Assembly: GCA_041577295.1 (NCBI GenBank)
Contig: JBFGJG010000013.1
Location: 1 to 64,000, forward strand
DNA: 64,000 nt
Direction: 5' to 3'
DNA from: Gemmatimonadales bacterium
Lineage (GTDB): Bacteria; Gemmatimonadota; Gemmatimonadetes; Gemmatimonadales; GWC2-71-9
Shown: piece by piece, positions 62,296 to 64,000 of the stretch
Layout of the letters: each line of letters starts with the position of its first letter
Position numbering within the stretch: position 1 is the first letter of the stretch
Notes under the pieces: generated by a model
Seen by the model: the letters and a program-made list of their open reading frames with translations, nothing else
Told to the model about the DNA's origin: nothing
Database searches by the model: none
Position numbers and translations under genes: made by a program

Positions 62296-63026
62296 CCCCC
62301 AACCACTTCCAGTAGGTCGTAGTTCGTGAGATCGACATGCAGCGGTGTGACTGAAATGTAACCGTCGTGGATCGCGCGAAAATCCGAGTCCTCTCCACCT
62401 GACCACGAGATCTGGCCACCTCCGATCCAATAGACCGTTCGTCCCCAAGGGTCTTTGGTTTCGACGAGCGACTCGGAATACACCCGCTTCCCCAGCGTTG
62501 TGACGCGGATGCCCCGGATCTCCTCACCAGGAATTGGGGGCAGATTCACGTTGAGCAGGGTCTCCTTCGGGAACCCGCGGACATCCACGATATTGGCCAC
62601 CAGCCGGTCCAGCCAGGGGCGCTGACTCTTGAGCAGGTCCACGTTGCCGCCAGCGAACGAGATTGCCACGCCGGGGATCCCAAGGGATAGGCCTTCCATC
62701 GCTGCGGCCACGGTGCCTGAGTAGAGAACGTCCTCACCCATGTTGGGTCCGTGATTGATGCCGGAGAACACGAAATCCGGCTTTTCCGGGAGCAGCGTGC
62801 CGAGGGCGAGAAGCACACAGTCGGTGGGCGTTCCATCAACCTGTAGCGATCCGTCAGGCAATCGCGATGCCCGCAATGGCCGATGTAGCGTCAATGAATG
62901 GCTTGCGCCACTCTGCTCACGATCCGGAGCCACAATCGTCACACGCCCGACGCTTAAGCACACGTCAGCGAGCACACCAAGCCCCTGGGCACGTACGCCA
63001 TCATCGTTGCTGAGCAGGATGTTCAA
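62277..63026 (-). CDS. surE: 5'/3'-nucleotidase SurE
   Basis: LLSNDDG, GTPTDCV, SGINHGPN, YSGTVAAA, SVTPL. Confidence 0.96.
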   Translation of the reverse strand: MNILLSNDDGVRAQGLGVLADVCLSVGRVTIVAPDREQSGASHSLTLHRPLRASRLPDGSLQVDGTPTDCVLLALGTLLPEKPDFVFSGINHGPNMGEDVLYSGTVAAAMEGLSLGIPGVAISFAGGNVDLLKSQRPWLDRLVANIVDVRGFPKETLLNVNLPPIPGEEIRGIRVTTLGKRVYSESLVETKDPWGRTVYWIGGGQISWSGGEDSDFRAIHDGYISVTPLHVDLTNYDLLEVVGGWDLGK

Positions 63027-63385
63027 GTGGTTGGTTTTCCGTCCAAGATCGCGAGGATCTGACGCAGTTCGGTGGTCAGATTTTCAATGGTTTCGTGCTG
63101 TAGCGCCACCCGGGCTTCCGTTTTGAGGCTACCCGTCCGCCGGTAGTGCTCTATACGACGGCGGGCTCCCTCGATGGTGTACTTCTCGGTGTACAGGAGG
63201 TGCTTAACCAGCATGATAAGCTCAATTTCCCGCCGCTGGTAGACGCGGTTACCGGAGCGGTTCTTTGCCGGGTTGAGAAACCGGAACTGGCTCTCCCAGT
63301 ATCTGAGAACGTGAGGCTTGAGATCGGTGAGCTGACACACGTCCCCAATCGAGAAGAACTCCTGCACGGGACGGGGGACAGTCAT
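63023..63385 (-). CDS. MerR-family HTH protein
   Basis: FSIGDV..LKPHVLRYWE, KNRSGNRVY, YTIEGA. Confidence 0.9.
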   Translation of the reverse strand: MTVPRPVQEFFSIGDVCQLTDLKPHVLRYWESQFRFLNPAKNRSGNRVYQRREIELIMLVKHLLYTEKYTIEGARRRIEHYRRTGSLKTEARVALQHETIENLTTELRQILAILDGKPTT

Positions 63386-64000
63386 CGCCACCACTCCGCT
63401 TTGGGCTCCCGCTCCATCAAATCACGAACGGCTTGCTCTGGCCGCTTTCCCTCCCACAGAATGCGCTCGACCTGTTCGGTAATGGGGAGCTCAACCCCGC
63501 GTCGCTGTCCGAGTGCCAGCGCCGCCTTTGCCGTCTTTACTCCTTCCGCAACGGTGCGGCGCTCCGCGAGGACCTCTTGGAGCGAGCGCCCCTTGGCCAG
63601 CTCGATGCCCAGGGATCGGTTTCGGCTCAGGGCACCGGTCGCCGTGAGGATGAGATCTCCCATCCCGGCAAGTCCAGCAAACGTGAGCGGTGACGCTCCC
63701 AGCGCTTGGCCCATGCGGGAAATCTCGGCCAGCCCGCGTGTCACGAGTGCCGCTCGCGGATTGTTGCCGAGCCCCATGCCTTCGAGCAAGCCAGCCGCAA
63801 TCGCAATGACGTTCTTCAAGGAGCCACCGATCTCCACGCCACACAGGTCGCTGCTCGTGTAGACCCGAAAGAACTCGGTGCGAAATGCGGCCTGGACCAC
63901 CCGCGCCGCCTCATCATCGGGCGATGCGACCACGACAGCGGTGGGCTGTCGTTGATAGACCTCCGTGGCGAAGCTCGGTCCCGACAAGGCGGTGATCCGC
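63382..64000 (-). CDS. gpsA: NAD(P)H-dependent glycerol-3-phosphate dehydrogenase (5' end outside window)
   Basis: SGPSFA, KNVIAIAAG, GMGDLILT, SRN, EGVKT. Confidence 0.95.
   Translation of the reverse strand, partial: RITALSGPSFATEVYQRQPTAVVVASPDDEAARVVQAAFRTEFFRVYTSSDLCGVEIGGSLKNVIAIAAGLLEGMGLGNNPRAALVTRGLAEISRMGQALGASPLTFAGLAGMGDLILTATGALSRNRSLGIELAKGRSLQEVLAERRTVAEGVKTAKAALALGQRRGVELPITEQVERILWEGKRPEQAVRDLMEREPKAEWWR

Overview
GC-rich (roughly 65% by eye) core-chromosome segment of a Gram-negative bacterium. Gene content and order suggest Gemmatimonadota (inference). The + strand carries a complete nuoA-N operon with a Rex-like operator, pmm/pgm-UPF0182, arcC-sucCD-EIIA/CBS-ndk, yceD-rpmF-plsX-fabHDG-acpP-fabF-mqnEAC-purE, a GldA/F/G-DUF4340 ABC module, aminotransferase-ispF-dedA-xerD-trpG, and kdsB-pyrG-kdsA-kdsC-lptCAB-rpoN followed by a polyprenol-phosphate glycosylation cluster and dapF. 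A minus-strand block (gpsA-merR-surE-pcm-dedA-acyP-apt-tRNA-Arg-TPR) converges on these. The convergence point holds a 28-bp XerC/D dif site (59164-59191), so this is probably the replication terminus. The most unusual signal is origin-type DNA at that terminus: a perfect DnaA box 5 bp from the XerD arm of dif, and 1.5 kb away a 24-bp palindrome of two DnaA boxes plus a perfect IHF consensus inside the 3' end of acyP. Other candidates are a lone XerD half-site 15 kb from dif, mini-ORFs bridging gene junctions, a tRNA trailer antisense to its own 3' end, a degenerate KdsC, an N-terminally extended LptB and a PTS-EIIA/CBS fusion. No mobile element or CRISPR array was seen. All motif scans were by eye and are not exhaustive.
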